A stretch of 63,999 bases of DNA, filler included, from Collodictyon triciliatum (lineage: Eukaryota), in assembly GCA_043381765.1 (NCBI GenBank). It is 8 parts of 8 records of this genome, joined end to end, with 100 filler letters (N's around TTAATTAATTAA, not from the genome) between each part and the next. Parts side by side here need not be neighbours in the genome. Positions count along the whole stretch, not along the records: positions 1 to 7,928 come from JBHJMP010003669.1; positions 8,029 to 15,947 come from JBHJMP010003670.1; 6 more parts are not named here. One strand, given 5' to 3'. The position numbers and the translations under genes are program-made. How positions within the stretch are numbered: position 1 is the first letter of the stretch; the number at the start of each line of letters is the position of its first letter. Below are positions 1-13,744 of this stretch, in pieces. The notes beneath the pieces were generated by a model. That model saw nothing but the letters and a program-made list of their open reading frames with translations, was not told the DNA's origin and did no database searches.

Positions 1-153
1 TTTCTAATTTCTTTTTTCTAATTTCTTTTTTCTAATTTCTTTTTTCTAATTTCTTTTTTCTAATTTCTTTTTTCTAATTTCTTTTTTTCTCTCATATATT
101 AATATTTTCCTTATTTTTAATAAGAAACTAAGAAAAAAATATTGTTCGGAGTA

Positions 154-2904
154 CCCGAAGTATTTGCTCATGCATAAAACTAGCACATATGAATTATTGA
201 TAGAGTAAAAAGCTTTTTGAATCATGAATCTGATAAATACGTACGTTAATCCTGAGACTGGGCCTCCCCTTGGAAGGCAGCCACCGGGGCAGCTCTAAAT
301 AATATTACAGATTGCTTTGTTAGGGGGACATATCATGGGTTGTTGAGAATCTTGGGAAATGGAAAAAAAATATATAGCGAAGAAGGAAAGGATGTGGTAT
401 CATTAAGTCATGGAAGAATAAAATTGATTCGTGTGAGTGATGAATTGAGCTTCATTTACTTAAACTTAATCGATAAAATAAAACAAGGTGACAACGTAAA
501 TGGTATATTCTTACACATTTTCCTCCATATTCTGCTGGTAGATTCTCTTCTCCGATTTCGGCAATAAGAGTTTCCTTAAACTCATACCCCAAAATTTGTA
601 TCTGAATAAGAATAAATTAATAATTATTTTCGACAATCCGTCTTTGTCCTGTATTATATTTTGTTTTCATATTCAAAAAAAACATGTACTTTGGACAACG
701 TGATGGGATTCAGCCATGGCTTCACAATACCCCATAGCATTCCAAAAATCTATGAATGTTAACAAAAGAATGAGAAATTTTTTGCCATAGAATCCATTAG
801 ACTTTTGTGATAAGACTGAGATTCCTTTAAAAGCTATCATCACCTTAACATGTTTGTGCATTAAAAAAGGATAGAGCTGCTGGACTCAGTATAAAATCAT
901 ATTAAAGAAAATTCGGTCATTACGGCAGGGGTGTTCACAACATAAATTCTTCGCATTGTCTCTGGATAGTTACGCTCGTCGATAAAGATCGACTTATGAA
1001 AAAGGTCCAACCCGGGCTGTAAATATATAAGAAGTATATGTTAGGCTCATTTTCGATATTACGAAGAATTCTAGCAACTTTGGAATTCATACCATATATC
1101 GTTTTGAAAGCAATAAACAAGCTGGGTGATGATTTAATTAACTTTAGTATTTTGGAATATAAACTTTGTAAGCGTGTTGAAGTCCGAGTCCTTTTACATC
1201 ATATATACTGACACTTGTATCAAACTTCGTCTCTCCTGTCTGGAGCGCTTTTCTTCTCCTATAGAAGAAAAGTGAACGAATTTCAATTTAGAATACTAGA
1301 AGCAAATTATTGGCATGTAAAGATGTGTGATATTAGTATCTAAAAAAAAAAATTACTTTGAGTGGGGCTATATAAAAAAAAATCATTTATTTCATTCAAG
1401 TGAAGGGAGGGTTTTTGGAGGGGCTATGTAATTTGGCGTATGAGTTGAATAAATAAGCAAAATAATTTTCCACTGATGCATACATTTCCCGCCCTTTTTC
1501 GTTCATGTAAACATGATATTCAACGATTTCCTGCTCTTTAAATCTTCGCAATACACCTGTATAATCAGTGTTACATATTCTGTTGGATGTAGGTCTACAA
1601 GAGTTTCTTATTGTGTAGATAAAGGAAAATCATGTAAGCAACTAATTTAATTAGTTTTGACAAAGAAAGAAAAAATAACGAGAGAAACCTTTTGGGTCAA
1701 TAGCTCCCAGACGGTCGATGTAAACAGGAGATCCATTTACATCACACTTATGGTAGCAAGCTGGGATAAACGTCTTTAAACTCTCGAAATTTTTATTCGA
1801 TTCCACTCTCGATTTTATGCTACTAATATTCATTTCATTTCTGAACTCCTAAATTCAAGTAATATTCGAGTCATGCATGAGGTACTATTCACTAAAAGAT
1901 ATTTTAGACTTTGGAATTAAATATATGTTTCCAATATAATAATGTGCATGGCTAATTATGGTAGCAAATGAGCAATGATAATCGAAGGAATTTATAATAG
2001 ACGAGGAGAGAGAGGAAGGAGAGAGGAAAATCAAATGAAGATTAGATGAACAGTCCCGTTCGTATAAAGTATTCTGCATTTACTCACTAAATGATTATTC
2101 AACAAAAGAGTGCTTTTTGCCTCGTCAAAGTTTCTAAGACGAATGAAGGAAGTCATAAAAAGTGCAGTGTTCAATCAAACTAGCACACATACAATTTCTT
2201 TTGTGGTATCGCTCCTTATTTCAATCGAATAAATCAAATAAATCATAAAATAATGGGCGAGTTCGAATGCTTCATCAACTTGAAAACTTTTTTTTTGCAC
2301 TGAGAATGTCTCGGTGAAAATATATTCTATCAATATTTTTTAATGGGAAAAAACCTGGCTCTGAGGAAACGAAGGATATAGGCATCGTCGATTTCGGGAT
2401 GTTCAGACAGCTCGCTAGCCAATTCCTGCTTCACTTGATCTAGGAGCTATGTTTCATGTTCAAGATGGGGGAAATGAAATATAACCCTTTTAGACTAGAA
2501 AGTCGGTTGTATCTTGCATTTTAAAAGTGAATATAAATATGAATCGAATAAAGGAAAAAAAGGGAATATAAATACACCACATATTTATTACTGCAGCCCA
2601 TAAAAAAATTAAAAAAATATAAAAAAACGTAACATGAGGTGAGATAAATGGCTGTCTTTTGTGTGAGTATGATGTATATCTATGTTGGAAATACTCTATG
2701 AAAATAAACAATCCAAACAAGTGCATAAAAAGAAATAATGAAAGAAATAATGAAAGAAATAACGAAAGAAATAAAGAAAGAAATAACGAAAGAAATAATC
2801 ATGGCAATATGTAAAAGAACCTGTTGCTGCTCCAGGGTTAAGTTACCAGGGCGGCCCCAGACAAGGGGATCGTACTGCTCTTGAGCTCCGCTCGCTTCAG
2901 CCAT
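154..2904 (-). CDS. Sec14/CRAL-TRIO lipid-binding protein, multi-exon, 3' end runs off the window
   Basis: GT-AG spliced exons give MAEASGAQEQYDPLVWGRPGNLTLEQQQ|..IDDAYILRFLRAR|..YHKCDVNGSPVYIDRLGAIDPK|..IYDVKGLGLQH|..DERNYPETMRRIYVVNTPA|IFGMLWGIVKPWLNPITLSK|IQILG..NLPAEYGG. These are CRAL-TRIO hallmark motifs. Confidence 0.9.
2523..2574 (+). mobile_element. Family A retroposon 3' tail (about 18 nt) with TSD, in Sec14 intron 1
   Basis: tgaatcgaataaagg(A)n flanked by direct repeats aaaag(t/g)gaatataaata; the target starts TT|AAAA. Confidence 0.75.
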
Positions 2905-3322
2905 GCCCTTTCTTAGGTGGAATATTTTTCGTTTTGATTCTTTGCTATTGTTTTTTTTCTTTTTTTCTTTTTTTCTTTTTTTCTTTTTTTCTTTTTTTCT
3001 TTTTTTCTTTTTTTCTTTTTTTCTTTTTTTCTTTTTTTCTTTTTTTCTTTTTTTCTTTTTTTCTTTTTTNNNNNNNNNNNNNNNNNNNNNNNNNNNNNNN
3101 NNNNNNNNNNNNNNNNNNNNNNNNNNNNNNNNNNNNNNNNNNNNNNNNNNNNNNNNNNNNNNNNNNNNNNNNNNNNNNNNNNNNNNNNNNNNNNNNNNNN
3201 NNNNNNNNNNNNNNNNNNNNNNNNNNNNNNNNNNNNNNNNNNNNNNNNNNNNNNNNNNNNNNNNNNNNNNNNNNNNNNNNNNNNNNNNNNNNNNNNNNNN
3301 NAGGTATGACAAAGCAAACATC

Positions 3323-3382
3323 AACACCGGCATCCCCTTCTTTGAATCGAATAAAGGAAAAAAAAAACACCGGCATCCCTTT
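3323..3382 (+). mobile_element. Family A retroposon 3' tail (about 26 nt) with TSD
   Basis: ctttgaatcgaataaagg(A)n flanked by aacaccggcatccc(c/t)tt direct repeats. Confidence 0.85.
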
Positions 3383-4283
3383 TTGCCTTCGGCTTTTCTT
3401 TTCTTTTTCTTTTTTACTTGTTTTTTCCCTTTTACTTGTCTTTTACCTTCTTTTTTTTCCTTTTTTCCTTTTTCCTTTTTCTTTTTTCCTTTTTCTTTTT
3501 CTTTTTTCTTTTTCTTTTTTCTTTTTTGTTATCATCTGAGTAGTGATCCTGTTCATGCCAAAAAATTAATTCATTTTTCTCGCAGGTTTATGTTTGGCAG
3601 GGACAAGAGAACATCAAGGAAGAAGTAAAGACTAGCACCTGATAGTTATTAACTCGATTAATGGGAGGAATAATATTCTTGCATAGAGGCAAGAAAATGG
3701 CATGAGCGCATCAACCCGAAGCATTCAGAGTGGGCTTTCAAGCAGAACGTGCCCACCAGTGATTTTAAGTCCGTTCGGATTGGCGCGCGTGGGTGAGTTT
3801 CTGCTTGATGCATTCTGCTTGTGCGCTGACTCCTGTGTTTAGGCACGATACAACGCTGAGATATACGGTTCATATCAAAAGTAACTATTTTGCTACTATT
3901 TTGCTTCAAAAGAATAAAAAAAAAAATAAATAAATAAATACTGCAGATGCTATGACCCCCATCATACGCGAGCGTCTTTGCGCTGATTGAGTGCGGACGT
4001 TTTCTTCCTTGTCGGGATATCTCTTAAAATGGGCTTTTGGAGACTCTGTAAAAGATTGCGATGGATTCAAGCAAATATTTGAAAACGTCAAAGTAACTTT
4101 TTCCTGTGTTGGATTCGCCTTTTGGTGTACCGCATAAACATAAATGAAACTCATACCTGACAGGTCGGTATCTTAACTCCGGTACGATAAAGTGAAAAAT
4201 AAATGTGCTAGCACGTGGTACAGGTCGCATATACAAACGAATCGGATTTAAAAGAAGGATAGCCGAAAAACATGTATTTTGAA

Positions 4284-4570
4284 TCAGAAGCCTTTGAGTG
4301 TCTCGTCTTGCGTTATGTTTTCACTTCGAGCTTTCGGTGATAATGACCGAGCGGCAGTTCCGGGTGGGCCGACCGAGATGCGGTATTTAAGCTCGTCGAC
4401 ATGTCCTGGGGTATAAACTGGCTGCGACTCATCCCCACTTTTTCTTTGTGACCCAACAACCGATTTCCTCGAAGACGCTGTGGCAGGACGTGATGCTGTT
4501 TTAATGGATTCTATATCCAAGCGAAGGTTGCAATCTCCAAATACTTTATGGCTCTGAAATCTTTGGTTTC
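4284..4570 (-). CDS. Possible exon of an unknown protein
   Basis: GC-richer, S/R/P-rich open frame (..RLDIESIKTASRPATASSRKSVVGSQRKSGDE..). No recognisable family; start and end unresolved. Confidence 0.3.
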
Positions 4571-4716
4571 CATATATTTACTAAATGTGGAATTTATATA
4601 AATAGAATTAAAAATGTTCCATAACCCAAGATAACATATTTATAAATTAATATGATATTATAAATTACTTATTTACATATTTATATGATTTGTTCACATA
4701 ACTTGCGGTCAGGTTT

Positions 4717-4810
4717 GAAATATTCTAGAAAAATGTAGTCACCCAAGCCGATGTTTCGAGAATATTCTTATCATATGCGGAGCCCGAAAAGGGAAATTCT
4801 AGAATGTTCC
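4717..4810. promoter_or_regulatory. Cluster of heat-shock-element-like nGAAn arrays
   Basis: TTCgaGAAtaTTC (4755-4767), TTCtaGAAtgTTC (4797-4809) and a partial TTCtaGAA (4723-4730). Confidence 0.45.
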
Positions 4811-5406
4811 TGCAGATGTCAACAATGTCTTTGCGCTGCGCACCAGTCCGGCAACTTGGTATGTAAGTGGGATTCGTTGTTGCAATTTAGACTAAAGAAC
4901 ACAATTCAATGAACGAAGACAAAGAACAACCCATATACAGCATTTCAGGCCTTGTGTCCATCTTTCCTAAAAGCAGAACGAATGTTCGAATGTCCTCGTG
5001 CTCAAAAAAAACCGAATTCCTTCTTTAAAGGAACATGATTCTGGTATGTTCCTAGGAATAAAGCCGGACTATAAACTAAGGAAACGCAGTATTTAAGCTG
5101 TGCACGTTTCGCCATAATTCTAATGCAAATGAAAGCAGCGTGTCATGCACGGAGCCGAGACGAAACCACCAAGAGTACAGGGACGAGCACTTGGGAGAGT
5201 CTTATCCACGGCATTTCCTGGCGAACACATTTTGCAAATTCGCCAGCGACGCTTGTGGAACGTAGGCAGAGAAGACCGGCGCCAGCCACAGGCCAAGCAC
5301 CCTAGCCCCCAGCACCTGTCACATCCTCATCGAACATTCCATCCACACTAGAAGGACAAAGCCCTCCCACATCGCCCAAGCCTCCAACGCATCCCCGACA
5401 CCTTCC

Positions 5407-7094
5407 ATGGACCACGAATATGAGCTCCTCGAACTGGTACTTGAACGTGTCTCTCACTCACGCAGACCAAAACACAAGCCTGCAACTAGACGGCAACCTC
5501 CCTCCCAAGCCCAATCTAACCCAACCACTAATGCCCATCCTACCAGGCCGATCGCGCCATTCCCCTGACGGATGAGCAACTTGCTGACCTCAACTCCCAG
5601 CTGGCTGAGCTCTCTGTGGATGATGTCCTCCTCTGGGCCCACGCAAACATCCCTCACTTGTGCCAAGTAAGCGAACATCACTGGCCTCCTTCATTGGTCG
5701 AGCAGGAACACTGTAGACTCATGCTTTTGCTTATAATAAGTCCCATACATATGTATTGAGTCCCACGTCCTAAGAGAATGTGTCGCAGGTCACCTCCTTC
5801 GGAACTACTGGTCTTGTGATATCCTCCCTCCTGAACAAGCACAACATTGATGTTCCTGTGGTCTTCATCGACACCTTGCACCTATTCCCGGAGAGCTACG
5901 AGCACGTCAAGGCTGCTACCAAGTAACCATTCGCTTTCTCTTTCTTTCTTTCATCAGCCTGCGAGACATGAATATTAGCGCCCCTCTTTTATCTCCCTCC
6001 CTTACTGACACCTGCTGGTCGCCTGATTTGAGTCACCATCGTCACCTGACCACAAGCTAACACAACAATCATGGCGCAGATACTTCGATCTTGAATCACG
6101 TCTACACGTTGCAAAGCCTAAGGACGTCTCCACTCCTAATGAATTCGCCAGTGTCTATGGCGAGCGCCTTTGGGAGACCGACCCCGACAAATACGACTTT
6201 GTGGCCAAGGTGAAGACAACGCAGCAGACCGAATTCATTGCCTTCATACCATATGTGTCTTGTCACTCAGGGCATCTAGCATTCTTTTGTATTCATGGAT
6301 TCATATTAACGCTCCGTCCGCCTGCAATAGGTCGAGCCCCAACGCAGAGTCCTAGCGGACCTTGGCATTGCTGCATGGATCACCGGACGCAGGAAGGATC
6401 AGGTACCAAAAAAAAAGTTTATCATTCGCTGGAGCCATGATTTCCACATGCTGCGGCCTGGCTTTTACATATTCAAAAACTCAGAAAGGCGTCCGATTCA
6501 TCCAGCTCTTATTTTTCTCTTCTTTCCTCGTGAAAAAAAATGAAAAGAAGCAACAGACAGGCTTTTGATCAGTCCTCCTTTTGCTTACAGGGCGGGGACA
6601 GAAGCGAGATGCAGATTCTCGAATTCGACGCGCTCGGCTTGCTGACTATCAATCCCTTGTGCCATTGGTCCCAGCACGATGTTTGGAGCTTCATCCGCAG
6701 CTTCGAAATCCCCTACAACCCGCTCCACGACCAAGGATACAAATCCATCGGGGATGTCCACTCCACAGAGCCGGTCAAGGAAGGCGAAGACGAGCGCTCC
6801 GGCCGCTGGAAAGGGTGGGTTATCCTGAGAACTTCCAAGCAGTCAACCTGTCAACCTGTCAACCTATCCACGCCCCCAATGTCAGACCATTAATCGCACT
6901 GAAACCCTTTCAGATCCCCAAAGTCCGAGTGCGGAATCCACCGCAGACCCAAGTGGGCCGTATCTGCGCCCAAGAGGAAGGTCACCGCACTCTCGTTCTC
7001 GCCAAAGGACGTCGCCGGACAGCGCAAATCCCTCTCGGTCTCTGTCGTGGCCGCCGCAGCGGACGCCATGGAAGCAATCCCTCGCTCCGCGTAG
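5407..7094 (+). CDS. MET16: PAPS reductase (Met16/CysH type), 7 exons
   Basis: Spliced: QVTSFGTTGLVI..VVFIDTLHLFPESY..YDFVAKVEPQRR..WITGRRKDQGGDR..INPLCHWS..YNPLHDQGYKSIGDVHST..ERSGRWKGSPKSECGIH. No CC/CxxC Fe-S motif, so PAPS-type rather than APS-type. Confidence 0.93.
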
Positions 7095-7700
7095 ACCGGG
7101 CCTTCACAGCCAGCCCTCTACCGCAACCATCAACCAACCATCAGACATCCCTATCAAGTATCAAGCATCCCTATTCATATTATTCTGTCCAATAGACATC
7201 TCTGCCACTTCCCCGCCACACTTAATATCCCCTCTACACGACGCTCCTTCCTCGTACATATGGACGGACGTACACTCAAACATAAACGTGTGTCCCTAGA
7301 ATAGACAACAAAGTGTATCACGAAGCGCTAGACCTTGGAGGATTTTTTTTCATAACCAGCAGGGGTTTATTCATCACAGAGAAAGTAAGGGTGAGCCGGC
7401 TCCAACCACTTCTACCGAATACTGTCTAATGCGGAAAATAATTATCCTGCGTTGCTGGATGCGGGGCAAGAGCGGATTATCGGCCACTCCTGCGGGCGTT
7501 AGTGGAAAAACAACAGACTCGGGTGGATCAATACGCACTTGCATAAGGGATTCTGCATCCCACTACTTCGTTCTTGGCTTGTGCGAAGGAAGTCGACGGG
7601 TGTTCTTGGGGCTGATCGTTGTGGACAGACGAAGGCGGGTCGTGGATACACAGACGGTGTTTTCACTTTACACTTTCTCCAGGACGAGCGCTTGGGAGCA

Positions 7701-7928
7701 AAGAAAAAAGAAAAAAGAAAAAAGAAAAAAGAAAAAAGAAAAAAGAAAAAAGAAATAAGAAATAAGAAAAAAGAAAAAAGAAATAAGAAAAAAGAAATAA
7801 GAAATAAGAAAAAAGAAAAAAGAAAAAAGAAAAAAGAAAAAGAGAAAAAGAGAAAAAGAGAAAAAGAGAAAAAGAGAAAAAGAGAAAAAGAGAAAAAGAG
7901 AAAAAGAGAAAAAGAGAAAAAGAGAAAA
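7701..7928 (+). repeat. A/G-rich microsatellite at contig end
   Basis: (AAGAAAA)n, (AAGAAAT)n and (AGAAAAAG)n arrays. Confidence 0.95.
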
Positions 7929-8028
7929 NNNNNNNNNNNNNNNNNNNNNNNNNNNNNNNNNNNNNNNNNNNNTTAATTAATTAANNNNNNNNNNNNNNNN
8001 NNNNNNNNNNNNNNNNNNNNNNNNNNNN
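7929..8028. other. Artificial contig spacer N44-TTAATTAATTAA-N44
   Basis: The same 100-nt spacer with a six-frame stop recurs at 15948, 23969, 31990, 40032, 48049 and 56064. Confidence 0.97.
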
Positions 8029-8382
8029 TTTTTTGTTTTTTGTTTTTTGTTTTTTGTTTTTTGTTTTTTGTTTTTTGTTTTTTGTTTTTTGTTTTTTGTT
8101 TTTGTTTTTTGTTTTTGTTTTTGTTTTATTATTATTGTTATTGGTTGGTAGCCTTTTTTTATTAAGAAAAAAAATTCATTTCTGAAACATTTTTTTATCT
8201 TTTTATTAATCTTTGATACGTCACTGTCTCACAGAATATTGCAAAGAAAACACTTTTAGCTATAGTAGAATGCTTTGATAGACACTGGGCTCGGCGTGCT
8301 TATTTTGTATTAATGTCATATTTCTTCCTGTATTTTCGAAGGACAAGAATCATGTGGATGACCATCAGTTGGATATGTTAAC

Positions 8383-8492
8383 GTCGTCTTTCCTGCATTA
8401 TCTAACCCGATGACGATGAGCGTAGCATTTTTGTTGAGAAACCCGAGTCTTTCTAGTAAAGCTGACCACCACGAAGATATGTAAGCCCACAT
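8383..8492 (-). CDS. Sar1/Arf-family small GTPase, first exon only (gene truncated at contig edge)
   Basis: MWAYISSWWSALLERLGFLNKNATLIVIGLDNAGKTT: amphipathic N-terminal helix plus the GLDNAGKTT P-loop, followed by a GT donor. Confidence 0.8.
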
Positions 8493-9339
8493 AGCGACGA
8501 CCTCGTTTATGTGATCTTTTTCTACTGCTCTTCTTTTCTTCTTTTGACCTATTCCCACAAACGATCGCTCTGCTTGATTAGTGATAGAAACATATAGAAC
8601 GTTGTGAGGAATGATTTGCTTCAAGAAGAGGAGAAAGGTGTGACTTTTAGGGTTATGCGCTTCTAAAAGGTTGAAGGGATAAACCAGGTGGGTATTTTTA
8701 AAATGTTATCATTGATTTATTTACTGGTGTATTGACTTGTTGACTTGTTGACTTGTTGACTTATTAAAGGGGCTCCCTGGTTGTATGCTGCTTAAGAGGT
8801 GATGCGAAGCTGAAAGGATTTGCGCCTCGACGTAAAACCACGAATAGGCTTTTTTGTTTTTGTTTTTGCTTTTTGTCTTTTGCTTTTTAATTTCCTTCTG
8901 CCTTTGCGTCCTTGATTCTCTCACCTTCAACCAAGGAAAAGTGAATCATGCATGTCAAAGTGGGCAACAGAGGAACAAAACGGGGTTATATGAAGCGGGA
9001 AGTTTCTGACCGCTTGCAAGTAATTCACACAGCGCGCAGACAAAGATCCGCTCTTGCGAGAAAAAAAGAGTGGCTGGCCTGCTCTGTTTATTTGGTTGGC
9101 AAGGAGCGAAAGGGAAGAAGAGTGCGACTCATGTGAGGCATAGCATAATTTTCTTTTTGATATCAGTATATACTTAATGTAAAGTATGTATCAGATATCA
9201 CTTTCTTTTTTTTGCGAATGCTAGTTCGGTGTGTTATGTGGAAGGAGCGAGAGTATGAGCGAGCAATCAGCATGGTGAGAAATAAATCGACATCGGCCCT
9301 TGAAGCGAAGGATTGTGCAAGGCCAACCCTGAGTTCATC

Positions 9340-12300
9340 CTACCATTCACCAGTTTCTTTCTGAGGGGCGGCCGGGACAGATACAGGGGCAGCAGACGAA
9401 TCGCGCTCCTTGGCATAGAACATTTTGTAGGTCTTTCCACCGTAAGTGTAGGACTTCTGTCGATCCTCAAAGACCAGCGAAGGCTCATCCCCGACCAGCT
9501 CTCGTGTGACATGCGAGACGTTGATGCAACCCGGTGTTCCATTCGACTCCATCTTTGACGCGACGTTGACATTTTCTCCCCATATGTCGAACACCTGCAC
9601 AAAGCCAACCGCATCATTAGTAAAACCCCCACTCCTATTTGTGTGGTCTCGTGCTTTATGGCAAAAGCTTTCATATTTGAAAGTGTGTGCGATGGTATCA
9701 CAGCGAGCAGCGCCACGAAGAATGCTTAAGGCAGACTTGCTTTGAATGACTCGCTTCCTTCTTTGTTTATTTTTTGGATGTGGGTACATACCATCTTGCT
9801 TAGCCCCACAATACCACCGACCGCTCCGCCGCTGTGAATGCCGATGCGGATGTTCACGCGAAGTCCTTGGATTTCAGGTAATGCCTGGACGATCTTTGCC
9901 ATCCCGAGTCCCATTTCTACTGTGACCTATGTCAATTGGTATTGCGGATGGTGAGATTTATGCGTGCCTTTAGATTTTTGCCGTCCACAAGAGTGAAGGT
10001 AAATTATTTGTTTTTCGTCCTTTTCTATATTTACTTGTTTCTTGGACTAATAATAATAAAATCGGTGTAAAGTTTGGTGCTAAATCAGACCTTGGCGTGG
10101 TCTGTGCGCGGGTAAGGGAGTCCGCAAACGACCATGTAGGCATCACCTGATAGAGATTCGTTTTTAGGCTTCGATTTTACTTTGTATTGGCGTTACCTTT
10201 ATTTTATGTAATATTTGCAATCATTTAAATTTCGTGTTCGTAAACTGAGAATATCGGGTATAGTCATTTTGGATGTTACCAATTGTCTTAATTTTCTCAA
10301 GACCCTTCTGTTCAGCCAGCGTGTCGAACTAAAGGAAGATAATAGTTCGTCGAGTTAACGTTTGATGTTTTTTTTTCCCTTTATTCGATTCACAGGTTAA
10401 CGTTTGATGTTAAAAAAAAACAAGGTGAAGAGATGAGGTCTCATGATGAGAGCTGGGCAAGATTAATTTTTTTTTATTTTTGCTGATAAGTGAATGAAAC
10501 TTACATCAGAGAAGAGTGAGTTAAGCATAGTGACTATACTCTTGGCGTCCAGTTTCGACGACAAGACAGTGAAGCTAAATGATTGTTTATCCAATGGGTT
10601 CTATTAAGCACAAGAAGAACATAGCTAATATGACTTGGGAAGCAAAGCTAAAAGAACAGAAAACAAAAAAAAATCATGTCTGAGTTTATTCCTCACCCGA
10701 CAATGTCAGCAAACAGTATGGTTGCGCTGTCATATGTATCAATCAATTGACCGTTTCCGCCTCTCATCTTCTCAATTACAGTTTCTGGCAAGATATTGAC
10801 TAGGGACAAGCAAATGAGATTAATTTTCATTTGAATTATTAGAATTGGATGAAGAGGGAAAACTTTCATGTGTATCGCCTTAAACCAAAGAACGTCGATG
10901 GTCATTCAAATTGAATTGTAGCAAGAGTAAAAGTAAAAGTATGAGGAAAAAGGTACATAAGAGCCGCTCGGATTCTTCGCGCTGGCGAATCACTTTGCTT
11001 CTTTCTTCATCAGCGAGGAATGATAACAGGAAAGCGCGGCTGTAATTTTAATAATATTATATCAGCCATGCAATTTTACCAACTATACAAATATGCAACC
11101 ATTCACTTTTATTCTAGTCCCAAGAGTATCGGAGGGTGAATAAATCATATTACCGGTCATGTTTCTCGACTTGCATCGACGTTACTTCCCCATATATGAC
11201 CAAAGTCAGGTAAAACATCAAGCTTATCGTGTCAAGAGGCTGCCTCAACAACATCCTGCTTAAGAGCTGTCATGGCAATTTAATGAACTTTCAATTGGAT
11301 TGATAAAACACTAATCGTGAATGGAGGCGCGAAAGGTACAGTGGTAGGGATAGAGCTGAGATTTAACATACAGCTATAAAGAAGAACGTTCCCCCGTTGA
11401 TCAGAACTGCATAACGGTAAGGGATTCTGGAGCTCATGTAAGTCGTGATTTGGAAAAGCTGCAAGATCTGATAGATAAAGCGACAAACCAGGGACAAGTC
11501 CATTCTATTTAAAAAAAAAATTTGGAATTAGGCTTATGGACAATCCTTTATTTGATTTGTCTGCAGGATTTGAAAGAAAACAAGAAAAATGCAGCCGTGT
11601 TGAAATACCGGAAGTATGTAAACAAGGCTATCGTGGTAACTTGTAGTCCAATAACACTGAAGATATTCATCATATGGCCAGTAGATGGATTCATTTTTGT
11701 TATTCCCATAAGCACGACCTAAGTGGTATGATGATTCATAAGTTATGCTTTAGAGATAACTTCTAAATTTGCATAAATTTATGCTTAAGACTTTTTTTTT
11801 GGTATTCTGATTTTGGTTTTTTCTTCCTTTGCTTAAAAATTCAATCATGAGAAGGGCAAATGGTGAGAGATACCTGAAAGCCAGCACAGCATCCCATCGC
11901 GATGTAGTAAGTCGCTATAGCGTTGGACGACGAATCAAACTGCAAGATATTGGGTCCCACTCCTAGCATGATAGCTATGTATACAAGAGTGACTTTTAGC
12001 ATAGCATCGCTTGAATCACGATTTTGCTTTGCTCTGTATTGGTTTTCCAGGTCAGCGTCAGTGAACGAGAGAATAATGCGCTTGACTAGTTTGATTTTAG
12101 ATTCCAATATGACGTCTAATTCGTCATTCCTTTTTTTCATGGCCTCTCGGGCTTTTCTCTTTTTTCTTTCCGCTGCGCTAAGTTTATTGGAACCGTNNNN
12201 NNNNNNNNNNNNNNNNNNNNNNNNNNNNNNNNNNNNNNNNNNNNNNNNNNNNNNNNNNNNNNNNNNNNNNNNNNNNNNNNNNNNNNNNNNNNNNNNNNNN

Positions 12301-13645
12301 NNNNNNNNNNNNNNNNNNNNNNNNNNNNNNNNNNNNNNNNNNNNNNNNNNNNNNNNNNNNNNNNNNNNNNNNNNNNNNNNNNNNNNNNNNNNNNNNNNNN
12401 NNNNNNNNNNNNNNNNNNNNNNNNNNNNNNNNNNNNNNNNNNNNNNNNNNNNNNNNNNNNNNNNNNNNNNNNNNNNNNNNNNNNNNNNNNNNNNNNNNNN
12501 NNNNNNNNNNNNNNNNNNNNNNNNNNNNNNNNNNNNNNNNNNNNNNNNNNNNNNNNNNNNNNNNNNNNNNNNNNNNNNNNNNNNNNNNNNNNNNNNNNNN
12601 NNNNNNNNNNNNNNNNNNNNNNNNNNNNNNNNNNNNNNNNNNNNNNNNNNNNNNNNNNNNNNNNNNNNNNNNNNNNNNNNNNNNNNNNNNNNNNNNNNNN
12701 NNNNNNNNNNNNNNNNNNNNNNNNNNNNNNNNNNNNNNNNNNNNNNNNNNNNNNNNNNNNNNNNNGAACTACTTCAAAGTGAGTTGGATTTTTCGTTCTA
12801 AGCAGGAAGTGGCTTACATATTAAAATTTACTTATCAATATTTGGCCCACAGTACCTTTTCCTTTTTATTTCTTCTGAGACCATTTCAATGAAATATGTT
12901 TATCAATTATAAAATACACAAACCCTGCCCATCATGGAGAACGGTGACAAATAGTGTGTCTACGTCAACCTTTTCGCTGATAACGGGGTTGATGATATCA
13001 CACAACGACTTTATGAATTCCTAATTGAGATAGGAACGAAAGAATAAATCACATAAACCTAACGTTAACAAAGCCATCCGACATGAGCCACTGATGTATA
13101 TTAATTTATTTTCTTAAAAAAAATTATTAAATTTTAACAGAGCCACGACCATTTGTGTCATCTTATAACAACTCAATCACATTTTGTACGATGAATGGCT
13201 AGTGTACTATGAATTAAAGACTCTTTCTCGACGAGACGAATAACCATTAAAAGGCTGATAGCTTATCAAATCTGTTGCTTCGTTTATTCATTTACACATT
13301 TATTTGTTTTCAACTTTGTTTTCTTTTTTATTAGTTAACTTTCTTATGTACGTTTTTTTTTTATTCTTCCTTTCAATTTTGTGCAGGATGGTGGACACTT
13401 TCTTATGTACGTTATTATTATCTGTTATTGGAAGATGAACGACCAAGGCGAGAAATTATCCGTCTTTAACAGCTAAATAAAGCTATTGAGGTGAACAAAC
13501 ATGATGACTTACCTTTGTTGAATTCTTATCGTGGCAGACAATCTGAGTGGAATATTGGTGCGGTAGGAGAGACTGATGCAAATGTGCAGTTGCGGTCTTT
13601 TTTTCATATGGTAATATGATCATTATTTATTGATTTTATTAAGTC

Positions 13646-13744
<99 letters not shown>

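Noticed and set aside
1791-1803. ttttattcgattc match to the family A core
   Set aside because: Lies within a Sec14 coding exon (VESNK) and has no tail or TSD.
2680-3628. Long K/E/R-rich and F-rich ORFs in the ORF track, here and at other repeats and N gaps
   Set aside because: They are translations of microsatellites and runs of N.
7973-7984. TTAATTAATTAA palindrome recurring every 8 kb, and equal-sized pieces resembling nanochromosomes
   Set aside because: It is always embedded in N44 on both sides, so it is a synthetic linker. The piece ends are diverse microsatellites, not a telomere repeat.
8254-8272. Possible Sar1-like exon 2 reading T-I-L-L-TAG-L-K, hinting at UAG reassignment
   Set aside because: No in-frame TAG appeared in any well-supported exon I decoded, and TAT ends at TAG at the expected C-terminus (FCQRHRR*). 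Probably chance.
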